This document shows positions 13,222-26,461 of a stretch of DNA of 64,000 bases, one piece after another. The stretch comes from Eledone cirrhosa (taxonomy: Eukaryota). How positions within the stretch are numbered: position 1 is the first letter of the stretch; every line of letters begins with the position of its first letter. The DNA is taken from positions 217,062,001 through 217,126,000 of the forward strand of contig OZ024741.1 in the NCBI GenBank assembly GCA_964016885.1. Reading direction: 5' to 3'. A program made the position numbers and the translations under genes. Under the pieces are notes generated by a model. The model searched no databases. It saw nothing but the letters and a program-made list of their open reading frames with translations, and had not been told where the DNA came from.

Positions 13222-13940
13222 AGGCGGTGGATCGTTCTATTAGCAGTATCGGTAGAGCGTCGGACAATATGCTTTACGGCATACAGTTGCGATTCTTTAA
13301 GTTCTGAATTCAAATCCCGCCGAGGTTAGCTTTGCCTTTCATCCTTACGGAGTCGATAAAATAAAGTACCAGTAATGCGCTGAGGTATTTGCTGACCTTG
13401 TTCCAAAAGTAGAAACAATTATTTGAGGTACGTTCCTATACACTCAATGATTCGAAAAATGAATTTGTTTCAGAGTTGAATTTTACGATATTGGTCTTTG
13501 TTGTTGTTTACTGTAAAAAACATGTTTTCTCTCTCCCATTGTGCCTGAAATAGAAACAATTATTATCAACTTTGCCTTTCATCCTTACGGGGTCGATAAA
13601 ATAAAGTACCAGTAATGTACTGAGTAATTGCTGGCCTTGTGCCTAAAGTAGAAACAATTATTATTATTATTATTATTATTATAAGTAATAACAGTTGTAA
13701 ATTACAGATACAATCCTTCTCGTATTATTAGCAGTATCGGTAGAAGGTCGGACGCCATGCTTTGCAGCATTTTAAGTTAACCTCGGCAGGATTTGAACTC
13801 AGACCGTAAAGGGCCGTAATTCTATGCTGCAAAGCATGGCGTCCGACCTTCTCCCGATATTGCCAATAATTGTTTCTACTTTTGGCACAAGGCCAGCAAT
13901 TACCCAGTGACACTTTATTTTATCGACCCTGTAAGGATAG
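12215..13940. mobile_element. Multiple Octopus-type SINE copies plus a degenerate RTE 3' fragment (12460-12730, minus)
   Basis: SINE cores at about 12220, 12960, 13300, 13570 (+) and 13780 (-) with (ATT)n tails; 12460-12730 resembles the RTE ends at 18655 and 25380. Confidence 0.75.
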
Positions 13941-14089
13941 AGGATTGTATCTATAATTTAAAAGGCGAGCTTTGTCACACTAGTTCGCTGAATCTCCCTG
14001 AGAATTAAGTTCAGGGTACACATATCTGCGGAATACTCAGCCATTTACACTAAAATATGAGATGTATTGTTTGTGTAATTTAAAGGGAT

Positions 14090-14580
14090 TTTGACAACAA
14101 AGGAAGTTGATTGTACAAGTTGTGCATATATCAAGCAATACCATCAGAGTGGTGCAGGGTGGACCACGTGGAGATTGCCATCTCCCACCCCATTCTGAGA
14201 ACAAATGAAGATCTTTCAAGACAATAACTTTCATCTGAAGGAAGAGTGGTGAAGGTCATGGAATGAGTCCAAATTTTCCAATCAAGACCTCGTCCAGGAT
14301 TCACATCTAAACCAGCCAAGTTTGACCTTCCCAGAAAGCAATGGATGTACCTTAATCACATCCACACAACACATGCCAGGACAGCCCATCATCTCCATCG
14401 ATGGAAAATGAAAGACAGTCCATCATGTAACTGTGAGGACCCTGACCAGACAGTACTACATGTTGTTCGCGATTGACCTCCCGCCTCTCAGACGTTTTCC
14501 CGGTGGCCTGGGGGCAATCCATAATACTCTACAAATGACGCCTTAGTCTGGATCACTAATATCGATCTGTCTCTTTAACC
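14090..14580 (+). mobile_element. Degenerate Ingi/Vingi-like LINE 3' fragment
   Basis: Translation FDLPRKQWMYLNHIHTTHARTAHHLHRWKMKDSPSCNCEDPDQTVLHVVRD..FPGGL..ALVWI matches the C-terminal zinc-knuckle region I recall for Vingi elements; stops present. Confidence 0.6.
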
Positions 14581-15149
14581 ATTGTGCATATGTCATACAA
14601 GAAGGGCCATACATGCCACACACTGTATCCCGCTGAATCTCCCTGAGAATTACGATAATGCGTACACGTGTTTCTGGAATGCTCAGTCATGCATTATTTT
14701 CAAGAGCAGTTTGTTCCGCTGGTCGAACACATGAAATCACTCATCTTCGAAACCGACGGAGATCCGTCCATTATATTGAACAGCTGTGTGTCAGGTGTTA
14801 GTCCTCTCCATCCTAAAAGAATTTAATTGTCCAGCAATGGTCACTCGTGATCTCTTGACATCTTCAATCCCTACAAACACAAAATAATGGATTGTTTAAT
14901 CCCACCTTGTGTATCTGGTGGTGTTAGGGAGGTGGGGTATAAAAGGTAGCCACTATAGACGGTTTTCTACAGGTATGTTTAGAGCATTATGTACAGGTAG
15001 TGAAGCGCGTTGACCGAGGACAGGTGATGCGGGCGGAGAATAAAGGACATTCCTCTTAAATGAATACTAATAAGACGGGGGATAGTTGTGTGCGTGTGTG
15101 TGTGTATATATATATATATATATGGGTGTGTATATATATATATATATGG

Positions 15150-15191
<42 letters not shown>

Positions 15192-15213
15192 GTGTGTATA
15201 TATATATATATGG

Positions 15214-15259
<46 letters not shown>

Positions 15260-15534
15260 GTGTGTATATATATATATATATATATGGGTGTGTATGTATA
15301 TATATATATATATGGGTGTATATATATATATGTGTGTATATATATATATGTGTGTGTATATATATATGTGTGTATATATATATATATGTGTGTGTATATA
15401 TATATATATATATGTGTGTGTATATATATATATGTGTATATATATATATATATGTGTGTATATATATATATATGTGTGTATATATATATATATGTGTGTA
15501 TATATATATATATGTGTGTATATATATATATGTG

Positions 15535-15587
<53 letters not shown>

Positions 15588-15646
15588 GTTGATTTAAAAC
15601 TGCACTATCAACAAGTGTTTTTTAGCCTTCATATCATGTTCTCCTG

Positions 15647-15713
15647 TTTTATCTGATGAAAACACAAATATTATTGCATGATGATGTTTGTTTTTGAAAT
15701 GCGCATAATAAAA
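15647..15713 (+). ncRNA. Minimal type I hammerhead ribozyme
   Basis: TTTTAT-CTGATGA-stem II (acaaatattatt/gatgatgtttgt)-GAAA-TGCGCA-TA-ATAAAA; stem III forms palindrome ATGCGCAT; AUA cleavage triplet. Confidence 0.85.
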
Positions 15714-15745
15714 TATATGGAACTCCTTTAACCATCTTTTGATCT

Positions 15746-15869
<124 letters not shown>

Positions 15870-15882
15870 ATATATATATATA

Positions 15883-15959
<77 letters not shown>

Positions 15960-15989
15960 GCGTGTATATATATATATATGTATATCTAT

Positions 15990-16302
15990 CTATCCCGAGA
16001 TCCATGGACGAGTTCTCTCCAGCGGTCTCTGTCCCTCATTATCGCTGCCATGTCCTGCATCTCCAACAGACCAGTGTCTGTCCTTAGGGCATCAACATAT
16101 GTTTACCTTGGTCTTCCTCTTCTAGTGTGTCCATGTAGGGGCTCCCAAAGGAGCACTGAGTGCAATGTCAACTCTGGATGTCGGTGAGCATGTCCAGCCA
16201 ACCTCAGTCTCCTCTGTGTCACTTTTGAGCTGACTTTTGGGATGCTCCCATACAGCTCTGAGTTTTTCATCCTCAGTGTATACTGATTAATGTTCAGAGC
16301 CA
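15990..16302 (-). mobile_element. RTE/RTE-X-like LINE 3' fragment
   Basis: [45 protein letters not shown] motif. Confidence 0.8.
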
Positions 16303-16360
16303 TATGTATATGTGTATATGTGTATATATATATGTGTATATATATAGATCTGTATATATA

Positions 16361-16421
<61 letters not shown>

Positions 16422-16710
16422 GTGTATATATATATGTGTATATGTGTATATATATGTGTATATATGTATATGTGTATATATGTGTATATATATATATATA
16501 TGTGTATATGTGTATATGTATATATATGTATATGTGTATATATGTGTTTATATGTATATGTGTATATATGTGTATATATGTATATGTGTGTATATATATA
16601 TATATATGTGTGTATATATATATATATGTATGTGTATATATATATATGTATATATGTATATGTATATATATATATGTATATATGTATATGTGTATATATA
16701 TGTATATGTG

Positions 16711-16741
<31 letters not shown>

Positions 16742-16788
16742 GTGTATGTATATATATATTTGTGTATATATATATATGTTTATATATA

Positions 16789-16819
<31 letters not shown>

Positions 16820-16848
16820 GTGTGTATATATATATATATATATAAACG

Positions 16849-16881
<33 letters not shown>

Positions 16882-17347
16882 GTGTATATGTATATATATA
16901 TGTGTATATGTATATATATATATATGTGTATATGTATATATATATATGTGTATATGTATATATATATATATGTGTATATGTATATATATATATGTGTATA
17001 TGTATATATATATGTGTATATATATATATGTGTGTATATATATATATATATGTGTGTATATATATATATATGTGTATATATGTGTATATGTGTATATATG
17101 TATATATATGTATATGTATGTGTATGTATGTGTATGTAAATATGTATGTATATGTATATATGTGTATATGTGTGTATGTATATATGTGTATATGTGTGTA
17201 TGTATATATGTGTGTATGTATATAGGAATAACCACTTAATTATATTATAAAAACAGTAGGAAGTGTAAAGGAAGTTATAAGAGTTTTTTTTTTTAAGATC
17301 TCGGATGAGAACCGGGTATATCAATATTTTTTTATAAAACAAATCTG

Positions 17348-17413
17348 TATTTTATCTGATGAAAGCGCACCATAATTTGCCTTGGTTGCCCTTGAAATAT
17401 GTATAATAAAATA
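17348..17413 (+). ncRNA. Minimal type I hammerhead ribozyme in a solo Penelope-like terminal repeat (~17222-17522)
   Basis: TATTTTAT-CTGATGA-aagcgcacca..tggttgccctt-GAAA-TATGTA-TA-ATAAAATA; downstream sequence homologous to 63275-63390. Confidence 0.82.
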
Positions 17414-17520
17414 AATATGGTTTTATAAATATATTGTTTATTTACTCCACTAACTTGTTGAGTGCTTTATATCGGTTGTAAAAATGTTTAAGCTTGTTGA
17501 ATCCCAATAAATATGACCGC

Positions 17521-17564
<44 letters not shown>

Positions 17565-17593
17565 ATGATATTTTATATCATGTTATATATGTG

Positions 17594-17653
<60 letters not shown>

Positions 17654-18211
17654 AATATAAATTACCGAGAATCGTATTTCGGCTTAGGAATTAACGAAAA
17701 ACAACTTCCGAGATGTGTGGCAAGCGCTCGATGTTTCAGATGAACCAGAGCTACAACATACGTTAAAGGCCAAACACACGATGGTTAAACAATCATCCGC
17801 ACAGCCACAAAAACGACCAAGTAATTCGGGTCAAACAAATAAAAATATATGTGATTGAAAAAATTTACCCGGAACCCTGGAAGGTTGGTAAAATCCAGCA
17901 TTTGGGTTTCTGCGACTCCTAAATCAAGTACTGTCCGCTTACACAAATAATGTTAGGCTTCTGGTAAGATGATTGAACAAGGAAGCCACTTTTTCAACAG
18001 GTTTTAGTCCGAGTGCTAATTTAAGGAATGACCGTTATATATTTATATATTCGGGGGGTAACCACAGTGTTTCTATATCAAATATATATATTTTACTCTT
18101 TTACCTGTTCCAGCTATCCGGCTGAAACTTCGATGTTACTATATCCTTCTTTCATGTTTATTTACATTTTCTTTAATTGCCTTTAATGTCCACCTGCGCA
18201 GCCAGCTAATA

Positions 18212-18539
18212 CAGAGACCCCAGAGAGGTACTACCATGAAGGCCTACTAGGGCAGAGACCCCAGAGAGGTACTACCATGAAGGCCTACTAGGGCAGAGAC
18301 CCCAGAGAGGTACTACCATGAAGGACTACTAGGGCAGAGACCCCAGAGAGGTACTACCATGAAGGACTACTAGGGCAGAGACCCCAGAGAGGTACTACCA
18401 TGAAGGACTACTAGGGCAGAGACCCCAGAGAGGTACTACCATGAAGGACTACTAGGGCAGAGACCCCAGAGAGGTACTACCATGAAGGACTACTAGGGCA
18501 GAGACCCCAGAGAGGTACTACCATGAAGGCCTACTAGGG
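18212..18539. repeat. 41-bp minisatellite, 8 copies
   Basis: Unit cagagaccccagagaggtactaccatgaagg(c/a)ctactaggg, 328 bp = 8 x 41, one variable site. Confidence 0.97.
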
Positions 18540-18639
18540 AGCCACATAAGGCACTGATTTCAGAGATTCACATTACTGAGACATAAAGAATCAGTCTTAT
18601 ACAAATTTGTATAATTAAATTCAATATATTATCATTTCT

Positions 18640-18990
18640 TCTTCGGCCACTTATTCATGGGAGGGTGATGGGGACAGTCCTCAGACACTCCTTCCAGCGG
18701 GTCCTGCCAGAAGTAACTGTCTCCAACTGATCCAGCTGGATCCCCAAGCGAGACCAGCCAAGTTCATGGATGTTATCCAACCATCTTGTCCCTTGAACTC
18801 CTGCCGGTTGGTTTTGCCTGTAAAATCTGTCCAACGATTCTTTCCTGAGACGTTCTAACCACATGCCCATAGTATCGGACCTTGATCTCTCAAAGCGGCT
18901 CTACCTGGAGTGACTCTCTAATATCTTAGCTACACACTCTATCGAGTAACCCTTCGGAGAAACCCCATTTCGGCCTCTATGTATTCGCTA
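18640..18990 (-). mobile_element. RTE-like LINE 3' fragment
   Basis: RWLDNIHELGWSRLGI..RTRWKECL; homologous to 25380-25600. Confidence 0.75.
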
Positions 18991-19228
18991 TGGATAAATA
19001 TATCGCTAAATATATTTGCTATGTAACAGTTTTGTGGAAATATCCAAAGCCGTGCAGAGGGTCACATAGTGTTATGACCCCTCACATTAGTTAGAGTGAG
19101 TGTGGACTCGTGGCGGTGTGATGTTATTTAAATAAACCTTAACTAACGATGTTTGTTTGTTGTTTTGTTTTTTTGTTTCATATCATATATTGATCATTTT
19201 TCTTCTTTTTTTTTTCCTCTTTTTCCAG

Positions 19229-19505
19229 TTATCTTCCCAACAAATTCCATTCCAACAATTTGGTCTCTCTGAAGGTTTGAACTCTGGTGAAATTCAGTTC
19301 AATTTCTCCCTAACAGATGCTGGATCTTTTGATGCAAATATATATGTCTGTACAGGTGAACAAGGGTCGACATCAAAGCCGTGTATCTGGAAAAAAATGG
19401 ACAAAATAAAGCAAACAGTTGAGGCTTCAAACTTGATATCTGTTGTGAAATTTTCGGAAGACCTGAACTGTTTCCATTGCCTCCTGAAATGGGTGATAAC
19501 ACGCA
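19229..19505 (+). CDS. Exon 2 of secreted AA15-LPMO-like protein (beta-sandwich core, histidine-less)
   Basis: Strong polypyrimidine acceptor ...ttttccAG at 19228, open frame LSSQQ...IQFNFSLTDAGSFDANIYVC...SKPC...VKFSEDLNCFHCLLKWVITR, GTAAGT donor at 19506 (phase 1). Confidence 0.85.
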
Positions 19506-19689
19506 GTAAGTATTATGCAGGGTTACTTTTGTTATTTTCGTGGGTTTAGTACTGAATAAGTAGTATATGCGGTTTTCTTGTGTTATTTTCGTGGGACCTA
19601 GTACTGGGTATGTAGAAAGGATTTTCCCTACATTCTTTTACAGGTTGTTTTCTTCGCATTGCCGGTCTTGTACCCGAATTAGAAACTGT

Positions 19690-21585
19690 TATTATTGTTG
19701 GCAGTGTCAGTAGAGGGTCATGCTTTACAGCGAAGAGTTACGACTCTTTATAGTCTGAGTTCAAATCCCGCTGAGATTCACTTTGCCTTTAATCCTTACG
19801 GGGTCGATAAAATAAAGTACCAGTAATACACTGGGGTAATTGCTGTCCTTGTACCAAAAGTAGAAACAATTATTATTGTTGGCAGTATCGGTAGAGCGTC
19901 AGACACCATGCTTCTCAGGCACAGAGTTATGGGCCTTTAAGTAGAAACAATTATAGTTGGTAGTGAGTGTTTCCTTTTTGTTGTGGATCGCCATTGATAA
20001 GGTCGTTGCCCTCGGTCCCCGGATTGTTGTTTTCCTCCGCCAAATCTGGAGCAGGGTATCTCACATGAGGAAGGAGCCCCACCAGATAGAATAGTTGATG
20101 CAGCGTGTATCGCTGGCTGATCTTCTCTCCGGCAAAGCTCTAACCATCTTGACCGCAGGGCACAGCTAAGATATATTGTCCAGCTAAGTATGTAGTGTTT
20201 GTCCCCTAGGGGAAAAGGCTGATATAGCGGATATCACTGACTGTTCTTCTATGGTCTAGAGTTTTCCTCCTCCTCCCTATCCCCTTTTATTTTTATTTCA
20301 GTCAGGATAAAGGTACCTTAAATAGGTTTCTTTTGCTCCGTTACTGGTTTCAAATATTGAACTGCGACCATTCTGGGACACCATCTTCGTCGCTTCTAGT
20401 CAATTATATCGACTCCAATATCTATATCAATCTGCTATTTGTTTTATCGATCTCTGTTTGTTGTAAATGGGTGGAACAGGTAAAAGAGAAGTGCTGCAGC
20501 ATGGTCACAGTCTAATGACTGACACGAATAGAAAAATAGTGCCACGCGGTTTCATTACTGAAACCATTAAAAACAATATGATCTTGTTTTCCTCTTTTCA
20601 GTTTGTATCCGATACTTTTCATATTATCCTAGCAGTTCCATATTATTATATTATTAGAGCGGTGGATTGGCAGTATCGGTAGAGCGTCGGACGCCATGCT
20701 TTGCAGCATAGATTTACGACCCTTTACGTTCTGAGTTCAAATTCCGCCAAGGTTAGCTTTGCCTTTCATCCTTACGGGGTCGATAAATTAAAGCACCAGT
20801 AATGCACTGAGATCGATTTAATCGACTTTTCCCTCCTCAAAATTGCTGACCTTGTGCTTAAAGTAGAATTCATTGTGGATTGGCAGTAGAGGGTCGGACG
20901 CCATGCTTTGACGCATAGAGTTGCGGCCCTTTATGGTCTGAGTTCAAATCCCGCCGAGGTTAACTTTGCCTTTCATCCTTACGGGGTCAATAAAATAAAG
21001 TACCAGTAATGTACTGGGTAATTGCTGGCCTTGTGCCAAAAGTAGAAACAATTATTAATGGTCCGTATGAATGAGCCTACTCTGACCATGCGCCTATAGG
21101 CTAGCTAATTTGAGGAGGAGATGGTGCTCTCCCCGGGTGCCCTAGAAGCGCAGGGTGGTTCAGGATTGATGGGGTACCTGAGTCACCCCTGGGTCGTCCA
21201 TCCCTCTATAGCGGAATTTATTTTGTTATATTTATGCATAGTTTATTTTATATTTTTCATATCTTGGTTGTTAAATTAGTCTAGCCATTGTGCACTTTTA
21301 CTCGAGCTTATCGTAAACCCCACTGTCCCTGTCTTTGTATTGTCCCCTACGTGTCGGCCCTTGTGGCCAATAAATGAAATCATTATTATTATTATAGGGC
21401 GGTGGATTGGCAGTATCAGTAGAGGGTTGGACGCTATGCTTTCCAGCACAGTTACGTCCCTTTACGGTCTGAGTTCAAATCCCGTCGAGGTTAACTTTGC
21501 CTTTCATCCTTACGGGGTCGATAAAATAAAGTACCAGTAATGTACTTGGTAATTGCTGGCCTTGTGCCAAAAGTAGAAACAATTA
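19690..21585 (+). mobile_element. Octopus-type SINE copies in intron 2
   Basis: SINE cores at about 19700, 20660, 20880 and 21400. Confidence 0.8.
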
Positions 21586-21637
21586 TTATTATTATTATTA
21601 TTATCATTATTATTATCATTATCTTTTCTAATTTCAG

Positions 21638-22140
21638 AAGACAGTAACCCGCCTGAGTATGTTGGCTGTAGCAAAGTGGCTAATCTGGAAGCTGCTCAAC
21701 AGTTGTCGGAAGGTAGTGGCTTCTTTACAGTAAGCACAAAATCAACCACCGTAATCAGTACAACGCTATCTACAACTAATTGTAAAGCTGTTGGTATTTA
21801 TAAAAGGGTACCTGGAATGAACCAATGGTGTGTCGTTCATTGCACCGCTGGTTATTGTCCACACACACATTGCATCTGTGACTCTGATGATACTCTCAAA
21901 TGTACGGTGGCGGACACCTACAAGAACACCCCAGGAATGTTAGAGTGGTGTTTCACCAATTGCCGTGCTGGACATTGTCCAGAAACACATTGCAAATGTA
22001 ACAATTCTAAAGTGACTCAGACGTGTACAGCTACAGGCGTTTATATAAATGTTCCTGGGATGAACCAATGGTGTAAAACTAATTGCCGTGCTGGAAATTG
22101 TCCAGCAACGCATTGCAAGTGTAGTACGACAGCAAAATAA
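21638..22140 (+). CDS. Exon 3 (terminal) of secreted AA15-LPMO-like protein: last strand, Thr-rich linker, three 6-Cys repeats
   Basis: Acceptor ttctaatttcAG at 21637; A+AA gives Lys, in frame with DSNPPEYVGCSKVA...; three repeats C-X15-C-X3-C-X4-C-X4-C-X-C with PGMxxWC and CPxTHC; TAA at 22138-22140. Confidence 0.9.
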
Positions 22141-22161
22141 CTTAAAATACGATGAACTCTT

Positions 22162-22324
22162 CAGACCTGTCAACCTCTAAAAACCCAAACGGGGAGAAAT
22201 GAGGCAAAATGGGGAGATTTTATATAATGAAAGCTATACCCATTTTCACAGGAGAAGACATTACTCACCCACCCCAAAGTGGGTGGGAGATCTCCCCGTC
22301 CGATGGGGAGAGTTGTCAGGTCTG
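22162..22324. mobile_element. MITE immediately downstream of the stop codon
   Basis: Imperfect TIRs cagacctgtcaac / gttgtcaggtctg; flanks actctt / accctt resemble a 6-bp TSD with one mismatch. Confidence 0.65.
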
Positions 22325-22423
22325 ACCCTTACCAAAACACGTCCTGGAATTCTTACAAGCTGGATTACTGTTCATGATATTTTCATATTCCCTAATACTG
22401 TTATCATATTTTATTTGTATAGT

Positions 22424-22639
22424 AGGGCGGCGGATTGGCAGAATCGGTAGAGCGTCAGACAATATGTTTTGCGGCATAGAATTACGGTTCTTTACGTTCT
22501 GAGTTCAAATCCCGCCGAGGTTAGCTTTGCCTTTCATCCTTACGGGGTCGATAAAACAAAGTACCGGTAACGCACTGGGGTCGATTTAATCGACTTTTCC
22601 CTTCCCCCAAAATTATTGGCCTTGTGCCTAAATCAGAAA
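22424..22639 (+). mobile_element. Near full-length Octopus-type SINE
   Basis: ggcggcggattggcagaatcggtagagcgtc head, gagttcaaatcc B box, family core and tail. Confidence 0.85.
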
Positions 22640-23641
22640 TGATATTTAATTTGTATATTTTTTCAAAAATATGTTTAAAATGTAACTTATCCGATAATTA
22701 ATTAATTTTGTAAATATTGAAATCATTCCAATAACCCTAACCCTGATTGAAACCTCATTCCAATAACCCTAACCCTGATTGAAACCGTCCCATTCAAAAT
22801 TGACTTTCTTCTGCAGAAGAAACATTTTTTTCTCTGAGATTATGATTATTATAGTATTATATAATGTTGTTGTTGACGATGTTGTCGTCGTCGTCGTTGT
22901 TGTTGTTGCCGTTGTCGTTGTCGTTGTTGTTGTTAAATTCATGTCGGCATGACCGTAGTGAGATGTCTATGAGATTGGTAATAATTTGAGGAAGATGAAA
23001 GTGTTTGTTTTTTTTTTGTTTTTTTTTTTTGTTTTTTTTTTGTTTGTTTGTTTTTTTTTTGGGGGGGGGGGGGGGTGATTTTTTTTTTCCTCTCCAATAT
23101 TTATATCTGCCTACTTATACTTTTGTACTTGTGTTGGCGTTCGTCCAGCATGAGTGAAACCAGTGGATCCAAAGCATCGTGCACGCACAGGCGTCCCCCA
23201 TTGCACGGCGCTAATCATGATTCTAATGGTGGACAGCATATATTAGAGGACAAATTAATTAGCTCCAAATCTAAATTGATCGTACTACTTCCACCTTGAG
23301 CTGCTCTTTCGGGGTAGGAGAAATGAGGATCAAATCAACGCAGGCACCTTTCGAGTATTTGTAGTTTGGAGTAAATGTCAGTTTCGAACAAAATCTAATA
23401 AGCCAGCATGGAAGATTCTATCTCCATTTATATTTTCGCTGAGGTTTAAATCCGTTTCGTCTCCCGATTCTCATTGGGTGTCTTATTCCTGGATAATGTA
23501 CACATAGTATCAACCTTGGCTCGAAATCCAAGCCTTTTTTTTTTTTAAACCGAATGGTATTAAATATTTTGGTGTAAGGCACATATAATTATATATCTCT
23601 AATATACAGTTATTGTGGTGTGGTAAACAAATGTATACATA

Positions 23642-23955
23642 TACACCAGGTCCGAACACAATGGAACCAAATTCTCACTGACTCCGTCTCTCGCGCTCTC
23701 CCCATCTCTCACTATTGTGAACAAATGGGGACCCACGCATTGGCCGCCCCGTGAACCCGGCGGACAGAACGGAGAAGGCGTTTCCCCGGAGGATGGTGAG
23801 AGAGACGCACTGGAAGAGTTATTTCAGCTCGCGAGGCTCACACCTGCGGGTAGCCAACTCTGTGCCGATTGTGATGAGTAGGGAGGTGGTTCTAGGACCA
23901 AGGACACCAGAAGTCGCCACTGCTACGGGCTCGACCGCAAACCTGTCGGTTAATA
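23642..23955 (-). mobile_element. CRE-like non-LTR retrotransposon 3' end
   Basis: Minus translation EPVAVATSGVLGPRTTSLLITIGTELATRRCEPREL..FQCVSLTILRGNAFSVL resembles the CRE RLE C-terminus (QRxSxxxxRGNA); the 3' UTR is homologous to the 78-bp minisatellite unit. Confidence 0.75.
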
Positions 23956-24009
23956 ACATTATTGTCCACAAAGCCTATTTGCTGTGAGTACTATATTGTA
24001 CTGTTCTCG

Positions 24010-24345
24010 TGAGAGCGCGTGGCTTAGTAGGTAGTGTTCGGTTAACGATTGTAAGGTTATGAGTTCGATTCCAAGTGGTGGGTTTCGTACTTGAATAAGA
24101 CACCGTATTTAACGTCGCTTCAGTCAGACCGCTCAGCTAAACATAAATTGAGTTGAATTCCTGTAATTCAAACGGTCGGCTTTATTTCCACACTGTGTCA
24201 GGCTAAATCTTCCAGAGAATCGCGTTATGGGTACAGATGAGATATCTTGGAATGTTCGGCAACTTCAACATTAATTTCGCGAGCAGACTGTTATGTTGTT
24301 TGAACAACTAGAACACTCATCGTAGGAACCAACGGAGACCCAACA
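24010..24345 (+). mobile_element. Degenerate tRNA-derived SINE
   Basis: gcgcgtggcttagtagg A box, gagttcgattcc B box; tail (aatcttccagagaat..gggtaca) related to 13975-14050 and 14615-14765. Confidence 0.65.
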
Positions 24346-25120
24346 CTCTTCGGTGATGTGTAATATTCCTGTTTTTATTGTTGTAATTGCGTGTTTGTGT
24401 TTGCCCAGGGTCGAGCATATATGTGATAACTAAATGTACAGCAACCATGAGAAGCACGTCTTTCTCTCGGGCGATTTTTATCTAATCGAAGTAGACCATT
24501 GTTATTCCAGATCCAATCATTTGAACGATCAGGGGGGAAGTATTTTCTGACACCCCTGTGAAACATTCAGTTATGCGATTTTGAGTCAAGCTATGTATAT
24601 AAACAGATATATATACTCTATGAAATGTATTGAATGCTCTCTTATTTCGGTTATATACACAGCTATATATACGTGCGTGTGTATGTATGTACTACGTATA
24701 TACATATGTACCGATGTACGTGTGTGTGTGCGTGTGCATGCATGTATGTATGTATATATGCTCTTCTGGTTTTATAATTTCACAAATTACGTATGTATGT
24801 ATATACATTATCACTCATTGTACTTTCGTATCTATAAAAATTATGCATACCTTTTAATTTATAAACAGCGTTTAATTATTAATTATTAGTGATTGATTAA
24901 GCATGTTTAATAGTTAATTAATAACCATTGATAAAAGTGTTCAATTATTAATCACCCATAATTACTTAACCGTTTAATTGTTAATGAGAAGTATTTATTT
25001 GAAATATTAATGAAAATTAAAAATATTTTTATATCAATTAAATTATGTTTTTTTCTTTCTTTTTCTCTTTTTATTGTTTTGCTTCTTCTTCTTCTTCCAC
25101 TTATTCCTGAGAGGGTCAGT

Positions 25121-25281
25121 GAAGGCGCATTGCTTAGTGGTTAGAGCATTGGGCTTGCAATCGAAAGGTTGTGAGTTCAATTTTCGGACCGAGTGATGTG
25201 TTGTTTCCTTGAGCAAGACACTTTTTTTCACGTTGCTCCAGTTTACTCAGCTGTAGAAATGAGATGATAGGACTGGGGTCC
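25121..25281 (+). mobile_element. tRNA-derived SINE (second family)
   Basis: gcttagtggttagagc A box, gagttcaatt B box, ccttgagcaagacact core; reverse-strand copy at 55917-56080. Confidence 0.8.
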
Positions 25282-25379
25282 CTATCATTAAATTACCCAA
25301 GACACCTCCAACGAGATATACCTTGGAGGAGGCCAGCTAAACCTGCAAAGGTGTGAGCTGTCACACACATGGGGGCAGA

Positions 25380-25600
25380 GCCTTCAAACACTTCTTCCAG
25401 CGGGTCCTGTCAGAAGCATCCATCTCAAACTGATATGGCTGGATCCTCAAGCGTGACCAAGCTCATGGATGTTATCCAACCATCTTACTCGGGGTCTACC
25501 CCTGGGTCTCCTACCTGTTGGATTTTCACGTAAAATCTGTCCAGTGATTCTTTCCTGAGTCATTTTAACCACTTGCCCATAGTATCGGAGCTGTGGTCTT
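25380..25600 (-). mobile_element. RTE-like LINE 3' fragment
   Basis: QLRYYGQVVKM..ERITGQIL..PTGRRPRGRPRVRWLDNI. Confidence 0.8.
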
Positions 25601-26226
25601 TTGCTTGTTTTGCAATATTTCTTTTTTTTTTTTTTTTTTGTAAATTTGGTTTTCATCATCAACAGTATTTTCCAATCTGGTATGGGTCGGACGGGCTGTC
25701 CAGATTCTAGTCCAAACGGATCTGATTGAAGTTGAGTACATTTCTTTAATTATTCAAATCTACACGTGTTACCATGGGTGTATGTTGTACAATAGAAAGG
25801 AAAGGAAATATGATCATCATATCGGACCAGGGAAACAGTGTTTCCATTGGTATTTTCATTGCTGGTACTATCTGTTGGTCACAACTCCTGGCGGAAGAAA
25901 GAAGTCGATCGTTATATCGGACCAAGGGAACAATGTTTCCATTGGTCTTTTTCTTGCTGGTACTATCTGCCGGTCGTAACAGGCAGAAAGAGAAATTCGG
26001 TTAATGTCTTCCTTATTTCACCTGTTGATAAAAATATCCGACTTTATTTTTCCCCATGTTTGAGTAATGATGCTAGCGATACAAAAATGTGCCGAGCTGA
26101 GAAGCATATATTCATGTGCATGCGTGGTTTTAGGCGAGCCCGCTGGATGCGTTAGGCACTGTTGGGCAACCACCGTGTGAAGTGCTGCACTAATTACACG
26201 TTGCATTTTCATTTCGCCCGATACTG

Positions 26227-26306
<80 letters not shown>

Positions 26307-26461
26307 TAACTGGAGATGAGAGGTGTGTGTAGGGGTACGACCTGGAAACCAAATCTCAGTTATCAGAGTGAAAGTCTTCAATGTAGACAACCACCACCAC
26401 CACCACTACCACACCCAGCATCATTACCACAACCCCCACTACCAGCACCACAACCACCACA

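Noticed and set aside
18212-18539. 41-bp repeats as a CRISPR array
   Set aside because: Units are contiguous with no unique spacers; eukaryotic context and no cas genes
22733-22776. Interstitial telomere (TAACCC)n
   Set aside because: Only two hexamers in each of two short local duplicates; too short to support
24010-25200. Additional tRNA genes at about 24010 and 25121
   Set aside because: A and B boxes are present but there is no closed cloverleaf, and both continue into SINE bodies
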